From Tubiluchus corallicola (Eukaryota > Animalia > Priapulida), in assembly GCA_030141605.1 (NCBI GenBank), contig JAQGDQ010000638.1, positions 57,600-121,599 of the forward strand: a stretch of DNA of 64,000 bases, written 5' to 3'. The notes under the pieces were generated by a model. It did no database searches and was not told the origin of the DNA. It saw only the letters and a program-made list of their open reading frames with translations. Each line of letters begins with the position of its first letter. Positions within the stretch are counted from its first letter, which is position 1. Positions 36,986 to 49,468 of this stretch are shown here, in pieces. The translations under genes and the position numbers were made by a program.

Positions 36986-38610
36986 TACTTTTTGTGCACC
37001 ATGGTTTATAATAAGCACCATGGTGCAAGTGTGATAGATTTTTTTTTGTACATAACTTATTAACAAGTCTACAACTGTATATTGCTTGATATTTATATGA
37101 AATTAGAATATATTAATGAAATGCGCACCACTTGACCTCAACTGCTGTTTCCTGCTTGTTTCATGATTTCCCATGTTGCTAGTTCCACGTTCGATAAGAA
37201 TTGTTGATGGGCTGTCACCTATAAGGGATGAAGGCACAAAGAATCATTCGGATTTAGTTGAGCCATGGCTTGACAGATGTTGCTGCTGGTTCCATATCTG
37301 ACAAGATTCTTGTCTTTGTTATTTTATACATTTTTGAAGTCATGCTTCATTTCTAATATGAAAGTTTCATCACAAGAAATTTCACTACAAGGTTCAACAT
37401 AACCATCAGTACAAACTGCTGCCTCTGTTTAAGGGCACAGCAGGGGGGGGGGCGGTTGGGCGCAATTGCCCCCAGTCATAAAGGGTGAGACAGTGCAAAG
37501 TTCTATAGTTCAGTGAATGTTAATTGTTAATTACACATCCGACATTAACAAAAGTTTTCAAACTGTAACATAATTGCCTAGTAAGAGATAATCGTAGCTG
37601 ACTTAGTTACGACATACAGCCTAGAAAAAAGGCTCATGTTGTTACTTAGAGATGTTGCAGTGTAGGTTGTCCTGTGGCTTAGCAGATTGATAATTTTGAC
37701 AGAAAGGCCAATTGCATTATTGTAAAAACCTGTAGTGTTCTGTGTTTTTCATAATCTTTACATGTGTTAATGCTGGAGCTGAGTTTTTAAGGACTAAAGC
37801 ACAGAAAAGAGTTACTCTGGTGCAGTGTCGCAAATTAAACTCGTGGTGATTCATAGAAGAAATTCGTATGTCTTTATCCCATGTTTGTCGGAAAAGGAAA
37901 TTCGGGCTCAGGGGATGCAAAAAGCATCAAAACATTAAAAGGGCCGGGTGCCACAAAATTTTGCCGCCGGGTGCTGAAAGTGCGGGACAGTTGTTTTGTA
38001 TTCTTGTAAAGCTGCAGTATCTGTCAGGTTATGGCCGACTATAATGTAGTAAGAATCTTCTAGTTTCAGGTTGAAAACTTATTTTTTTAACAATTGCTAA
38101 TCTATTTCAAAATCTATTACAATTTTGCAGTTATTGAAGTAATCAAGACCTTCTTAAAGAACCCTATAATTTAGGACTTAACAATTAGAAATTTAGAATT
38201 TGTGTGGAATGTGAAATATTTCCTTAAAGAATGTCTTACTCATTTCTGAGCTCACTCATCTGTTACAGGTGGCAGCACCGGTTGTCGAACAGACGTGGTG
38301 CAGTACTATCAGCTAGAAGTGCGGCACTAACCGATCTGAGAATGCCAAGGTGCAGTACCGATGGTTGCAGCTTCGAGCATCTAGAATACGGGGTGCACTG
38401 TCTGGCCCGTAGGGTGCAGCACTGCATGAGAAGACTGTAGCCAGTAAAAACAACACAAGCAATTTTTTGGTTGTTTTTTCCCCATTTTGTCATTACACAT
38501 GCTTTCTAGTAGTTTTGCCTGCCATTGTAATAATTTTGGGCAAACAATTTTTGAGAGCAAGTTTGAGCAAATATGGCAAACCTTGAAGATTTTTGTAATT
38601 AAAGATTGTT

Positions 38611-38886
38611 ATAATAATAATAATAATAATAATCTTTATTTAAAGTCGGCGTTTGGGTCAACAATTAACATTAGCTCAAAGAGCTATTAACGCCGACTGT
38701 AAATAACAACCTACAACTACATAACAGAGACTATTATTACCCACTTTTACCCTAAATACCACGCGTCAGGCAGGGCAACAGCATGTACCATTTTTAAAGT
38801 CTTTGGCATGACCCTGCCGCTGGTTCGAACTCACGACCTCCCAGACGGAAAGCAGACGCGTTACCACTAGACTAAACCGTCTGGTC
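38611..38886 (-). mobile_element. tRNA-derived SINE with Meta-domain-like core (MetaSINE-like)
   Basis: Minus strand: A box TAGTCTAGTGG, B box GAGTTCGAACC, then GGTCATGCCAAAGACTTTAAAAATGGTACATGCTGTTGCCCTGCC, with (ATT)n tail. Confidence 0.8.
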
Positions 38887-38895
38887 GTGGTTATT

Positions 38896-39640
38896 TCTTG
38901 TGGATTATTATTTCTGATGACAGTATGTCACGCGCTGCTATACTATAGTAATTATTTTGCATTTTTACACTGAAATGAAACTTATTTAGCCCAGTGAAGG
39001 AAAATTACGTTATTCATTTTTCCATTTTGAAGGCATTTTTCGGTGAGCAAATGGAGGGTGTGTCATTAATGTTCATCACAAACTTTAATGAACATCAAAA
39101 GTACATGCTAATTATCATGTTTAAAAGCGATTACATCATTGTTTCCATGGTTTCGTGGAACGTTTAAAAACACCCGTTTTTTTAATTTTGACTCTTTGCT
39201 CAAACTTAACAAAAACATCCATGCTATCACAACACTTATGACTCGATTCTACAGTGCAGGACACAAAATCTTCTATAGCGAAACTAATTTACTATAGTTT
39301 AATTTACTATATATATAAAAAAATTCAGTTTGTTCAAAATAACGTTTGTAGATGGCGACCCTATCAAATATAAGTAAACAAGTTCTTGTTTTAGGTCGGA
39401 AGTGGTACTGAGAAGCCACTGGCATAGCAGTGTCTAGTTTTTTGCTGGATTACTGCTGCGTTTACCTGTCTGAAGGCAGATTTCTTTTATTTTAGAATTC
39501 TGCCTGCCCAATGTCTACAATAGACGTGACGGGCGTATGATGATGATGATTTTTACAAAAATATATGGTGCAAGCGGCCGTATTATGCATTTCTTGAGCT
39601 CCATGAAGTTTGAGAAAACGACCTACACGTCCCTTCAGAA
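38896..39640 (+). repeat. Interspersed repeat, family Y copy 1, interrupted by a retroposon tail
   Basis: Colinear with 42305-42850. Confidence 0.85.
39397..39550 (+). mobile_element. Truncated retroposon 3' end with (TGA)n tail, copy 1
   Basis: Nearly identical to 40785-40950; absent from family Y copy 2. Confidence 0.8.
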
Positions 39641-40089
39641 GGGCACCAATTAAAAAGAACATTAAAATTAGTATAGGTTATAATGTTTCTTTTTATTGCG
39701 AACGTATCAGGCTACATAATTGTTTTGTACGGAATACAAAAATTATTAACGAATTAAAATTAAAAGGTTACTGAAATTTAAAAGTTAAAAAAACTAGAAA
39801 AATCATATTTGATTTAATGCTGCTACGTTGTTTTATTATAATTCAAACTAAAGTAAAAAAAATGCCGTACAGTATTATTAACACCATACTCACATTCATT
39901 GTGAAGTAGCATCTGTGCAGTTTTTGCAACAATGCTACAAGAGCTTTCTGAGCAATTTAAGAACGCAGTACAGTCAGTCAGTCTTTATTTTAAATACCGC
40001 CTAGTTTGGGGCTGTGGAAATGCTACAGTGAGTTTATATTCAAATTCAGATCCATTCTATTTTCCATCTGTACATACCACACTTATAGT

Positions 40090-40490
40090 TATTATTGTTG
40101 GCATCCTTCTGTCTCGGAAGACAATGGAGTGTGCACCAAGAGAGTCATTGATCACATTGATGGAGTTGCAGCATCGGCTGTGGCTGAGCAGTGCGATCCT
40201 TGAACGTCTCCAGGGCGAACACCTGGGCAAGGTGTATGGAGATCCTGAGTTGCCCAGACAACAGGAACTCCCTCTCTTCCCTCCCTGCTGTAGTCCAAAG
40301 GAAAGCGGAGCGATACGTTTGGCACCAGGTTGGCTGCAGGAGCTGCCGAAGTCAGTGAGCATGCTGCACTGGTCTACCTTCGGCGGTCCACTCCTGATTT
40401 GGAAGATTTACTCCTCTACACATGGCCGTTGGGTCACTTGACCTCCTCCGCCCTCTAGCCGTTGGCTGCTTGTGCATCTCCTCCGCCTAG
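40090..40490 (-). mobile_element. Non-autonomous RTE-related element (5'-UTR-like part joined to 3' terminus)
   Basis: Minus strand ends ...TTCCGAGACAGAAGGATGCC + AACAATAAT, as I recall for RTE-BovB/AviRTE termini. The internal CCTGGGCAAGGTGTATGGAG...GTCCAAAGGAAAG...GCAGGAGCTGCC resembles their 5' UTR. Confidence 0.6.
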
Positions 40491-40784
40491 TATCGAGATA
40501 AAGTGTTATTGTTATTACTAAGTTAAAAAATACAATTCAAGGGAAGTTTGGCCGAAAACTGTGATTAAGACGTAGACATTAGAGCTTCATACATAATGCA
40601 CATATGCACGTATTAATGCACATCATAACGAAGTGCATTAGTACACCCGTTTATACATCTATAGACATTTTGTTTTGCTAAAAACTTGGGCGTCAAGCCA
40701 TATTAGTATTATAATGTGGTGTTATAATCAGGTTTGATTGTATGTTACATTGCCGAAATATTGATTTATAGTAACGGGATATAA

Positions 40785-40950
40785 CGGAAGTGGTGCTGAC
40801 AAGCCACTTTCGTAGCAGTGTCTAGTTTTTTTGCTGGATTACTGCTACGTTTACCTGTCTGAAGGCAGATTTCTTTTATTTTAGAATTCTGCCTGCCCAA
40901 TGTCTACAATAGACGTTACGGGCGTATGATGATGATGATGATGATGATGA
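40785..40950 (+). mobile_element. Truncated retroposon 3' end with (TGA)n tail, copy 2
   Basis: Matches 39397-39550. Confidence 0.8.
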
Positions 40951-41327
40951 AGATATACCGGGATATACAATTTTGTGTATAGCGAAATAAATGAACGACA
41001 ATTACGCAATTGTGTGATATTAAGAGCAGTATCATTAACTGCAAAAAATGATGCTTGAACGTTTCCAAAATTAGCATACTGTAGCAGTATTATTACTAGT
41101 TGTATAGGTTTTTAAGTAAAGGTGGTGTGACTAAAGCAGTTCTGTCGCTGTTTTTGGTGATGGACAAATTTCCAGTTCTGCTACAATAAACTAAATTCCC
41201 ACAAAGTCAAACCTAAAGTCGTTACTCAAAAGCCATCATTTTGAGTTTCTACTCTGCAGTAAACCACAGAAGCAACAGTGCTGTTCAAATGAAGAAAATG
41301 TATAATTTTATGCTCAATTACTATACC

Positions 41328-42305
41328 GTAATAGTTATTGCACTGCTTAAACCAGAGAATTTGAAATGCACTGTCATGCATTACATGAAGTAAATATACA
41401 ATATTACAGATTTAAGGTAAGGGCACATAAGATAAAAGAATACTCAAAAAGAGCTTTAATTCGTGAACTAACAGTCTTTATATAAACATTCAGGCATGCA
41501 GCTGTGGGAGTAAACTCTAAGCTAACTGCTGCAGCCCCAAATCTTTACAAATGTCAGTTAATTCACGCATTTAAACCGTATTAATTTGCTTAAACGATGT
41601 GTAAAATTTTCAAGTTTTCACTGATAAAATAACTACGGTATAGGCCTAACTATTTTAATTTAGGTACCAGGCAGATATACATAATTGTCTTTCGTTTGTT
41701 TCTCTGCCTTGGTATAGATTAAATTAACACAAATGAAAAACTAAATGAAAATTTTACACCCCTACTTTAAAACGAAATGAAAGCTTTAATGAAACTGCGT
41801 GTGAACCATTACACTTTATGAATTCTGATGATATTTATTAGTTAACAAATGAAAGTTTCATTTATAAATGAATATAATTACGTAGCAGCTTCTGTTGTTG
41901 CACGCATGATGGTTCATTGCAGGAACCATACCTCGTGCTAGGAAATGTTGGTGGGAATAGATGCTATCATTTGAAAAATGGACACGCAAAGACATTTCGT
42001 CTACATGGCTCCATAAAACCTGGTTTACCTGGTACATGACTGCATTGAATACGGCCGCTTAGACTGTGTGAATAGGCCTTATTTCTCCGTCTCAGTCGTA
42101 GTTTGCTTTTTTTGGCAAAGATTCCATTTTTTCGTGTTTAGCTGAACAGTAGAACATAGACGTGTAAAACTCAATAGCCGCTAAGAGACATTCCTCGCAG
42201 AGTACGTTATTAGTTTCTGTTATGTCTGATAGATGGCGCCACAAGATTATAATTAATAGTTTCGGTTCGTTCTATTATGCAAGCAGTGTTATTCTGCTCC
42301 AATGA
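41328..42305 (+). repeat. Direct repeat, upstream copy
   Basis: 41328-41728 is nearly identical to 60423-60822; 42065-42305 matches 60826-60980 plus 61545-61593. Confidence 0.9.
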
Positions 42306-42850
42306 TTATTATTTCTCTTGACAATGACAACGATAGTGTGTCACGCGCTGCTATGATAATTATTTTGCATTTTTACACTGAAGTTAAACTTATTTTGCCC
42401 ATTGAAGGAAAATTACATTATTCATTTTTCCGTTTGGAAGTCATTTTTCGGTGAGTTCATCACAAACTTTGATGAACATTAAAAGTACATGCTAATTATC
42501 ATGTTTAAAAGCGATTACATCATTGTTTCCATGGTTTCATGGAACGTTTAAAAATATTCGTTTTTTTTTAATTTTGACTCTTTGCTCAAACTTAACAAAA
42601 ACATCCATGCTATTACAACGCCTATTACTCGAGTCTACAGTGCAGGACACTAAAATCTTCTATTGCGAAACTAATTTATTAGGATACTATAAAAATTTTC
42701 AGTTTGTTCAAAATAACGTTTGTAGATGGCGACACTATCAAATATAAGTAAATGTAAGTTCTTTTTACAAAAATATGTGGTGCAGGGGGCCGTGTTATGC
42801 ATTTCTTGAGCTCCATGACGTTTGAGAAAACGACCTAGACATCCCTTCAG
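42305..42850 (+). repeat. Interspersed repeat, family Y copy 2
   Basis: Colinear with 38896-39640. Confidence 0.85.
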
Positions 42851-43144
42851 ATTTTTTTACTTTCTTCTTCCCACTTGAATTCAGCTTTGTGACCAAAAAT
42901 ATTTCTATTCTGCTAGCCCTATAATTATGAATTATGTTAACTTTACAACTCAGTTATTTTTGCCTCAGCCGTGGGTGCAGTGTGACGCGTATCTAGAAGG
43001 AACCGGTCTTTTGTATCAAGTCTTTGCTTTAGTCGTCACAAGCAGAATAGATCGCTGCACATTAGTCACAAGACAGGATGTCAGTCAGCTCGACATTTCG
43101 CAGCAAAAAACAAATGTATTTGAAAACGTCGCGTTTGTTATTAG

Positions 43145-43597
43145 CCCTTTCAGTCCCAAATTATTTTTTAACAAGAAAAAAATTTTTGTGTTGGTACTTG
43201 TTCAGTATGTCCATCTTGTTTACACATAATAATTTTTTTCTACCTGTGCCCGCGTGCTAAATATAGCCTGTATCGCACGGGATGCATTGGGATTCAATGG
43301 AAGCATAAAATGTGCTTCATTTTGCAACTGCTGATAATTTTTAAAGTATTTAAGACATTTAGTATGCACGCTATGCTGATCTGTACAAAGTCGTCTCTAA
43401 AGTACTGTACCTTGCGCAGTTTTTTATGCTATGTAGATTTTCTAGTTTGCCATTTTATCACTATTTTTAGTCTATTGTTATTGGCTTAAATAAAATTAAC
43501 TATTAACAGATCAAATAAATGTCAGTTTTAAAATTTTATTAATTTTAAAGACAGAAAATATTCTCGTATCCAACAGGATACAACGGGCATGAAAGGG
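43145..43597 (-). mobile_element. piggyBac-like MITE, copy 2 (inverted)
   Basis: TTAG|CCCTTTCA...TGAAAGGG|TTAA; reverse complement of copies 1 and 3. Confidence 0.88.
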
Positions 43598-43924
43598 TTA
43601 ATTAATTGGTGGCAATAGTTATAAACTAATTCTGAGTGGTTTCGTCGGCCATACTGCCGTGTTTTTCTCATTGAATGGAGCTTTCACCCATAGTCTCCGC
43701 TGCTTCAGTTCATAGTCGCAACGAATTATTCTCAGTTAACAATTACGTTGCGGTCCTGCCACAAACGACAAAAATTTGTAATCCATGTTTTAAAGTCAAA
43801 GAAAATGTAATTTCAAAGTATGTCCCAAAGCTTTTCACACAAAGCTATACTATAATAGCATTGTGCTTTTACCTGTTTGAAAAGCTTATGTAACTAGAAA
43901 AGAAAATTCTTAATATAAGTCATA

Positions 43925-44500
43925 AGTTTATTTATTTCCACTCTGCATCTAACAGTTATAATAAAAATACAGATAATTTCACTGAAGTAAATATAAATGC
44001 AATATTATCCAGAAATTACAAAATGCAGCATATACATGTGCAAATTACATTACAGAATAATTTTGATGTATACAGTTTGAGCCTAAAAGCATAGCTTGAC
44101 AGGCCAAACTATACGTGGAAATCTTAAAGAAGTGATTAATAATTGAAATAATGATAATATATACATAAAAGTGGGGGGGGGGGGAGTAGTGAATGAAAGA
44201 TGAAATGGAGCGAGAACTAAGAAAAACTGTGATCATGATCACAAAGTGTTCAGTAACCTGTTCAACATAGTCACGTTTTATTAAGATTACTGTGGAAAAA
44301 GAATGCAGGTGATTACCATTATCAAACTGTGTTACTCTCAATACTTTTGAAATATTTCTTTTCTGACGGTTTTTTTAAAAGTTGAAAGGGAGTGACTACA
44401 TTTTGAATTGCGGCTTAGTCTATTCCATACGACTGGTTCCATATAGCTAATGAAATGTTTCGCCATATTTTTTCTAAAATCTAAAATGTTCGAAACAACT
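43925..44500 (-). mobile_element. CR1/L2-type LINE 3' fragment
   Basis: ORF 44338-44613 ends ISYMEPVVWNRLSRNSKCSHSLSTFKKTVRK, a typical CR1/L2 ORF2 terminus, followed by an AT-rich UTR. Confidence 0.6.
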
Positions 44501-44947
44501 GGTAAAACATCACCGCACCACCATCCCAGAATGCACCACTGACTCACCAAAAGAAACTCATTATTGATTTTATTGACAGTATATATGACTTCAGTTAGTG
44601 GACGGAAAAACAAACTGTTTTTTAGAACTTCATTATTGAAATTCCGTCATTTAAATGCAAAGATTAACAAAATAATTATGATTATCAACGACATTGTATA
44701 TTATGTCAACTAAACCGAACAGAGAGATTAGCTGAATTACGAAGAAACATCTTATTCTATCACACATTTTAAAAAATAATCATTTGCCACGCATCTTACA
44801 CATTAACAATAAAAGACTGGTGCCAAAGTTAAGAAATGTAATTGCAGTAGTTTCTAAAGAATGTTGCTATACCTTCTGTACATTAATTTTATGCTGAACT
44901 GTTTGATCTAGATTCAAGCATAATTTGAACAATGCATAAGTCTAAAC

Positions 44948-45412
44948 CAGTGGTTCTTAACCTTGTTGGAGGTACCGAACCCCACCAGTTTCATATGCGC
45001 ATTCACCGAACTCCTCTTTAGTGAAAAATAAAATATGATTTTTTTTCAAATTCAACACATTGATATGTTTTTACTGGTACACAAAATGAGCCGTGCATGA
45101 ACATCACCTTGTTCAAAGAACAAAACCAACACAATGCATAAACTCACAACAAATTACATACCTGCAAATCAGTGTGACTTCTGCTGTTGCCTTTGAGAGA
45201 CCAGTTCAGATATGCGTGGCTTCACCTTGGCAAGTGCCACTCTCATGTCATTTTCACAGCAAAGTCTGTTCCTTTTCTTCGTTTTTATGTCCAGCATCCT
45301 CGAAAAGGATTGCTCACAAAGATATGTTGTAACAAATGGAGGCTCTGCCGAACCCCTGAGATCGACTCGACGAACACCTAGGGTTCGATCGAACCCAGGT
45401 TAAGAACCACTG
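44948..45412 (-). mobile_element. Internally deleted hAT Buster/Charlie-family transposon retaining the transposase C-terminus
   Basis: Perfect 16-bp TIR CAGTGGTTCTTAACCT and perfect TSD GTCTAAAC. Minus strand 45339-45169 reads PFVTTYLCEQSFSRMLDIKTKKRNRLCCENDMRVALAKVKPRISELVSQRQQQKSH* (hAT dimerisation domain). Confidence 0.95.
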
Positions 45413-46203
45413 GTCTAAACTACGCGCCTAATATAGGACTGTTAAAAACATTCTATTGTCATGATTTTGAACATGAAAATCTGAAACTGCCTCTGTGGGA
45501 AAGAAATTTACCCTATAATGTTGTTTTCGTCTTTCTTCTCTTTCCTCGTCTTTCTCAACACCGCAAGAACGCAACAGGCTAAAAAGCAGTGAAAGACCTA
45601 ATTAGATTTTTCAGGGTAATGCCATGCAGACCAGACGGCATTTTTCGCACTGATAACATTTTTCGAAAACAGTGACATACGAAACACAGTTATGTCGACA
45701 CAATCACTCAGGAATGTAAGTAAAAATTTGCACAAGAAAAATTGCACGGTATGAATTTTTCACTTACCAAAATATGAGTTTAGGGTTAGGGTTACTGTGG
45801 GTGATAATTATTTTAGTTATTTTTCCCTCTGACAAGGAAGTGATGCTTCAACACAGTTTGTTTGTTTGGTTGTTTTTTGTCTGTTATAGAAGCAAGCCTA
45901 TTATCCTACTTAGCAGGTTTCAAGAACCTTGTGGAGAAGGCGGGAATGAACTGCCAAATGGACGTTGTTTCGCCCGCTCTTTTTTCACAAAACTTAACTG
46001 AACACCGACAGACAAAAACATTCGTGAAACACTTCGTAAAGGTCTCAAAGGGAATGCTTAGTACCTTCTTTACTATCTTCACCAGGTCAACCAACTACGA
46101 GCTAGTTCCATGTTCAATTTCAATGAATTCTCGCTTTGCCAACTATTTAACCACCTAGCCGTCTGTAGCCTTTGCTTATTAATGTGTATAAACTGAGTTG
46201 GTA

Positions 46204-46535
46204 TGTTTAAAGTTGTAGATCACTCACTTTGTAGAACAAGAATAAAAAAACTATACTACATATTTGCAAAAAACAGAAAAGTGTTTATTAAACTACATAC
46301 ACATGAGTAGCATGACTGCTGCACTGAACACTGAGAGTGAGACAGTGACCAGAAAGTAAATCAGGCAGTATATATAGGTATAGGTGATTATGCAAACTTG
46401 GCTTCACAAAAACCATTACTGTAAAATAGGGAGAGATCCAGTGAATGACCGTACAATTATACTGGGGGTGAGTTTAGCTAGTAAAATTAGTTCATAGATG
46501 GCAGCACCTAAAAATGTACAATTACAACTTCCACA
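46204..46535 (-). mobile_element. Solo-LTR-like repeat, copy 1
   Basis: Reverse complement of 56889-57387. TGT...ACA ends, TATA-like motif and AATAAA inside; no TSD seen. Confidence 0.6.
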
Positions 46536-47447
46536 ATACGTGTATTTGTTAGTCTATTACTATCGCCAAAATTAATGCTTAAAGAAACGTAGACAAGCAC
46601 TAGGTGGAATATTCGCTAGTTATTGATTATAAATCTATTTTATGAACAAAATATGTAGTGAGTCTTTTGCTAGTCTACATAATACTTATACATGTACGTT
46701 TTTGTATGTTTGTTTATCTTAGTTTTGAGTTTTTTTAGTCAAAAGAATCAGACACATAAGTTTAAGATTGTTCGGCTTTGACCTACTGTCTACTACTAGA
46801 GATTTGCTTCCTACTGAGCATACACATGTGCCATTTTTACCTACATTTCCATTTGTGTCATTTTTGCAGCGCCATTTTACCTGTGCCATTTTTACCGCGC
46901 ACCATCATGGACCGTTGCTTCATGCACAAACATTTGACGATTAAAAAAATAGGAGTCAGGAAGATGCAATAACTCTGATGCGATTGACCACTGTCCAAAC
47001 ATGTGCGTTTGAAAACGGGAAGGTAAGAGGAAAGCAACATTTGAATTAGACTTCAAAACTTATGGAAGAACCCATGACAAATTCAGACCGTCCACTAACG
47101 CAGAAATGAAAAAATTTTTGGATAAGGCTTCTAAGTTTCCAAAATTCAAGAAATGCATTTCAAGCTGAAACTCTGTCCCGGCCCGTTGCGGCCAGGCCTT
47201 TCAAAATTCAAGGTTCGTTTATTCCACTTCATACAAAACATAATATTACAGTATTAAATAATGGAAATTTACAATTTAACAAATATTTAGTTACGATTTA
47301 ATAATGTAAATAATTTAAAGAAAGTAAGAATAAATGATTTTGTCACAAGCTCCCCTGAAGCTTAGCTTGACGAAAAATTTGAAAGGTGGAACAGAGGTAA
47401 ATGGCCTATGGTTCGCTGTTATTATGAATAAAAGACTCAAGTACCAA

Positions 47448-47913
47448 GTCACAATCCGTCTGCGTGAACGACACTGCTGCTAGATTATACAAAGTGTAAC
47501 GAACTCGGTATGTAAAAATGAATTACCATTGACCGCTTGTCACAATCCGTCTGCGTGAACGACACTGCTGCTAGATTATACAAAGTGTGACGAACTCGGT
47601 ATGTAAAAATGAATTACCATTGACCGCTTGTCACAATCCGTCTGCGTGAACGACACTGCTGCTAGATTATACAAAGTGTGACGAACTCGGTATGTAAAAA
47701 TGAATTACCATTGACCGCTTGTCACAATCCGTCTGCGTGAACGACACTGCTGCTAGATTATACAAAGTGTGACGAACTCGGTATGTAAAAATGAAGTACC
47801 ATTGACCGCTTGTCACAATCCGTCTGCGTGAACGACACTGCTGCTAAATTCTACACCGTAAATCGTCTGGAACTGATTGGGAGTGTGACGAACTCGGTAT
47901 GTAAAAATGAATT
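47448..47913. repeat. 91-bp tandem repeat, about 4.4 copies plus a partial unit
   Basis: GTCACAATCCGTCTGCGTGAACGAC... recurs at 47448, 47539, 47630, 47721 and 47812. Confidence 0.95.
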
Positions 47914-48079
47914 CAGAGAGGCATAAAACTTCTCCGCTAATCTTACTTGATATTAAGCTAAGACTTTTGTACACACACTAAGTTACTATGCATCTAAGAA
48001 ACAGCTTTTTGGAAAAGAAATATTAGCAAGAGTAGTTTGTAAATTTGTGTCTGATTTTCATCTTACTCCAACCGGAAGA

Positions 48080-48199
48080 ATGCAGCAGAAGAACCGTGGA
48101 AAACTCCTGTGCGCCGCTGTTAGCTTGATTTTTCTTTACAGTGCTACACAATGGAGTGGATTAACAGATACCGCTTGGAGGAGACTAGCATCTCAAGAA
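48080..48199 (+). CDS. GT8 glucoside xylosyltransferase (GXYLT)-like, exon 1 (type II signal anchor)
   Basis: MQQKNRGKLLCAAVSLIFLYSATQWSG...SQE|gtgagt: basic N-terminus plus hydrophobic stretch; phase 0. Confidence 0.7.
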
Positions 48200-48364
48200 G
48201 TGAGTGGTGATGTAACACATTTATGATTCGAATAAAGCAGATAGACATTGCTGGGAGTAAAACTCGGCACCCCCAATAATCTGTATCTCGTAGAAGCAGA
48301 CAGGACTAATGTCAGAGACTTAATTTAAAACAGTTTTTTTAGATAAAAAGCTTAGTGATCTTAA

Positions 48365-48819
48365 CCCTTTCATACCCGTTGTATCCCATGGGATACGAGA
48401 ATATTCTCTGCCTTTAAAATTAATAAAATTTTAAAAAAAGAGTTATTTGATCCGTTAATAGTTATTTTGATTTAAGCCAATAACAATAGACTAAAAATGG
48501 TGATAAAATGGCAAACTAAAAAATCTACATAGCATAAAAAACTGCGCAAGGTACAGTAGTTTAGAGATGACTTTGTACAGATCAGCATAGCATGCATACT
48601 AAATGTGTTAAATACTTTAAAAAATTATCAGCATTTGCTTTTTATCATGTTTAGCAACCATTGAATCCCAATGTATCCCGTGGGATACAGGCTATATTTA
48701 GCAGACGGGCACAGGTAGAAAAAAATAATTATTATATGTAAACAAGATGGACATACTGAACAAAAGTACCAAGCCAAAAAAAATTTTCTTATTAAAAAAA
48801 TAATTTGGAACTGAAAGGG
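48365..48819 (+). mobile_element. piggyBac-like MITE, copy 3, TTAA TSD
   Basis: TTAA|CCCTTTCA...TGAAAGGG|TTAA. Confidence 0.92.
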
Positions 48820-49468
48820 TTAAGTTTAATGAACCCCTAACACTTGCTTGACAATTCATTATTAATTCACGTTGTCACTCTCTTGCATCTAATTCCTTTC
48901 ACAAGTCTTATGATTACGTTCCTGATACTGTAAAAATGTAAACAGTGTAAAATGTAAGCATGCGTTAAAAGAACATGCAATTTAATTGTCTGATAACACC
49001 GATTTTCTACGAATAAATTTTAGTAGGTTTATGTTGTCGTCTCATCATCTGAGGACTAGGACTGGCAGATGGGACAGGCCAAGGCCCCTTCAAAAGTGTT
49101 TTGAAGGGGCCTTGGGACACACCACCCATTCCTCGTGATAAAAGGCAACGCAGGTGTGATGATATCTCTATTCAAGACGAATCGCATGTTATTGCACAAT
49201 GTAGATTATCTGAGCTATTTAAACAGAGTGCAAGAGCAATTTGATTTTGAGCCTGAATTTTGTGGTAAATTCTTCTGTGCAATTTTGAAAATTTACAATA
49301 AATTCGCCGCCATTTTTTACCCACGAATACAATTAACCAGGCCTACACTAGAAATTTTTGCATACTGATAGTTTAAAACTGGTAAATAATATTAATAATT
49401 GTGGGAAAAATTTAAGTGTCCTAATTTGCTTATGCAGCTATTATGTTAATCAGCTTTCTTTTTAACAG

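Noticed and set aside
38231-38493. GC-richer short ORFs downstream of INTS6
   Set aside because: Short, no homology, no consistent exon partners; may be UTR or repeat sequence.
39932-40441. 169-aa ORF as a gene
   Set aside because: No recognisable domain, and it overlaps an RTE-like non-coding element on the opposite strand.
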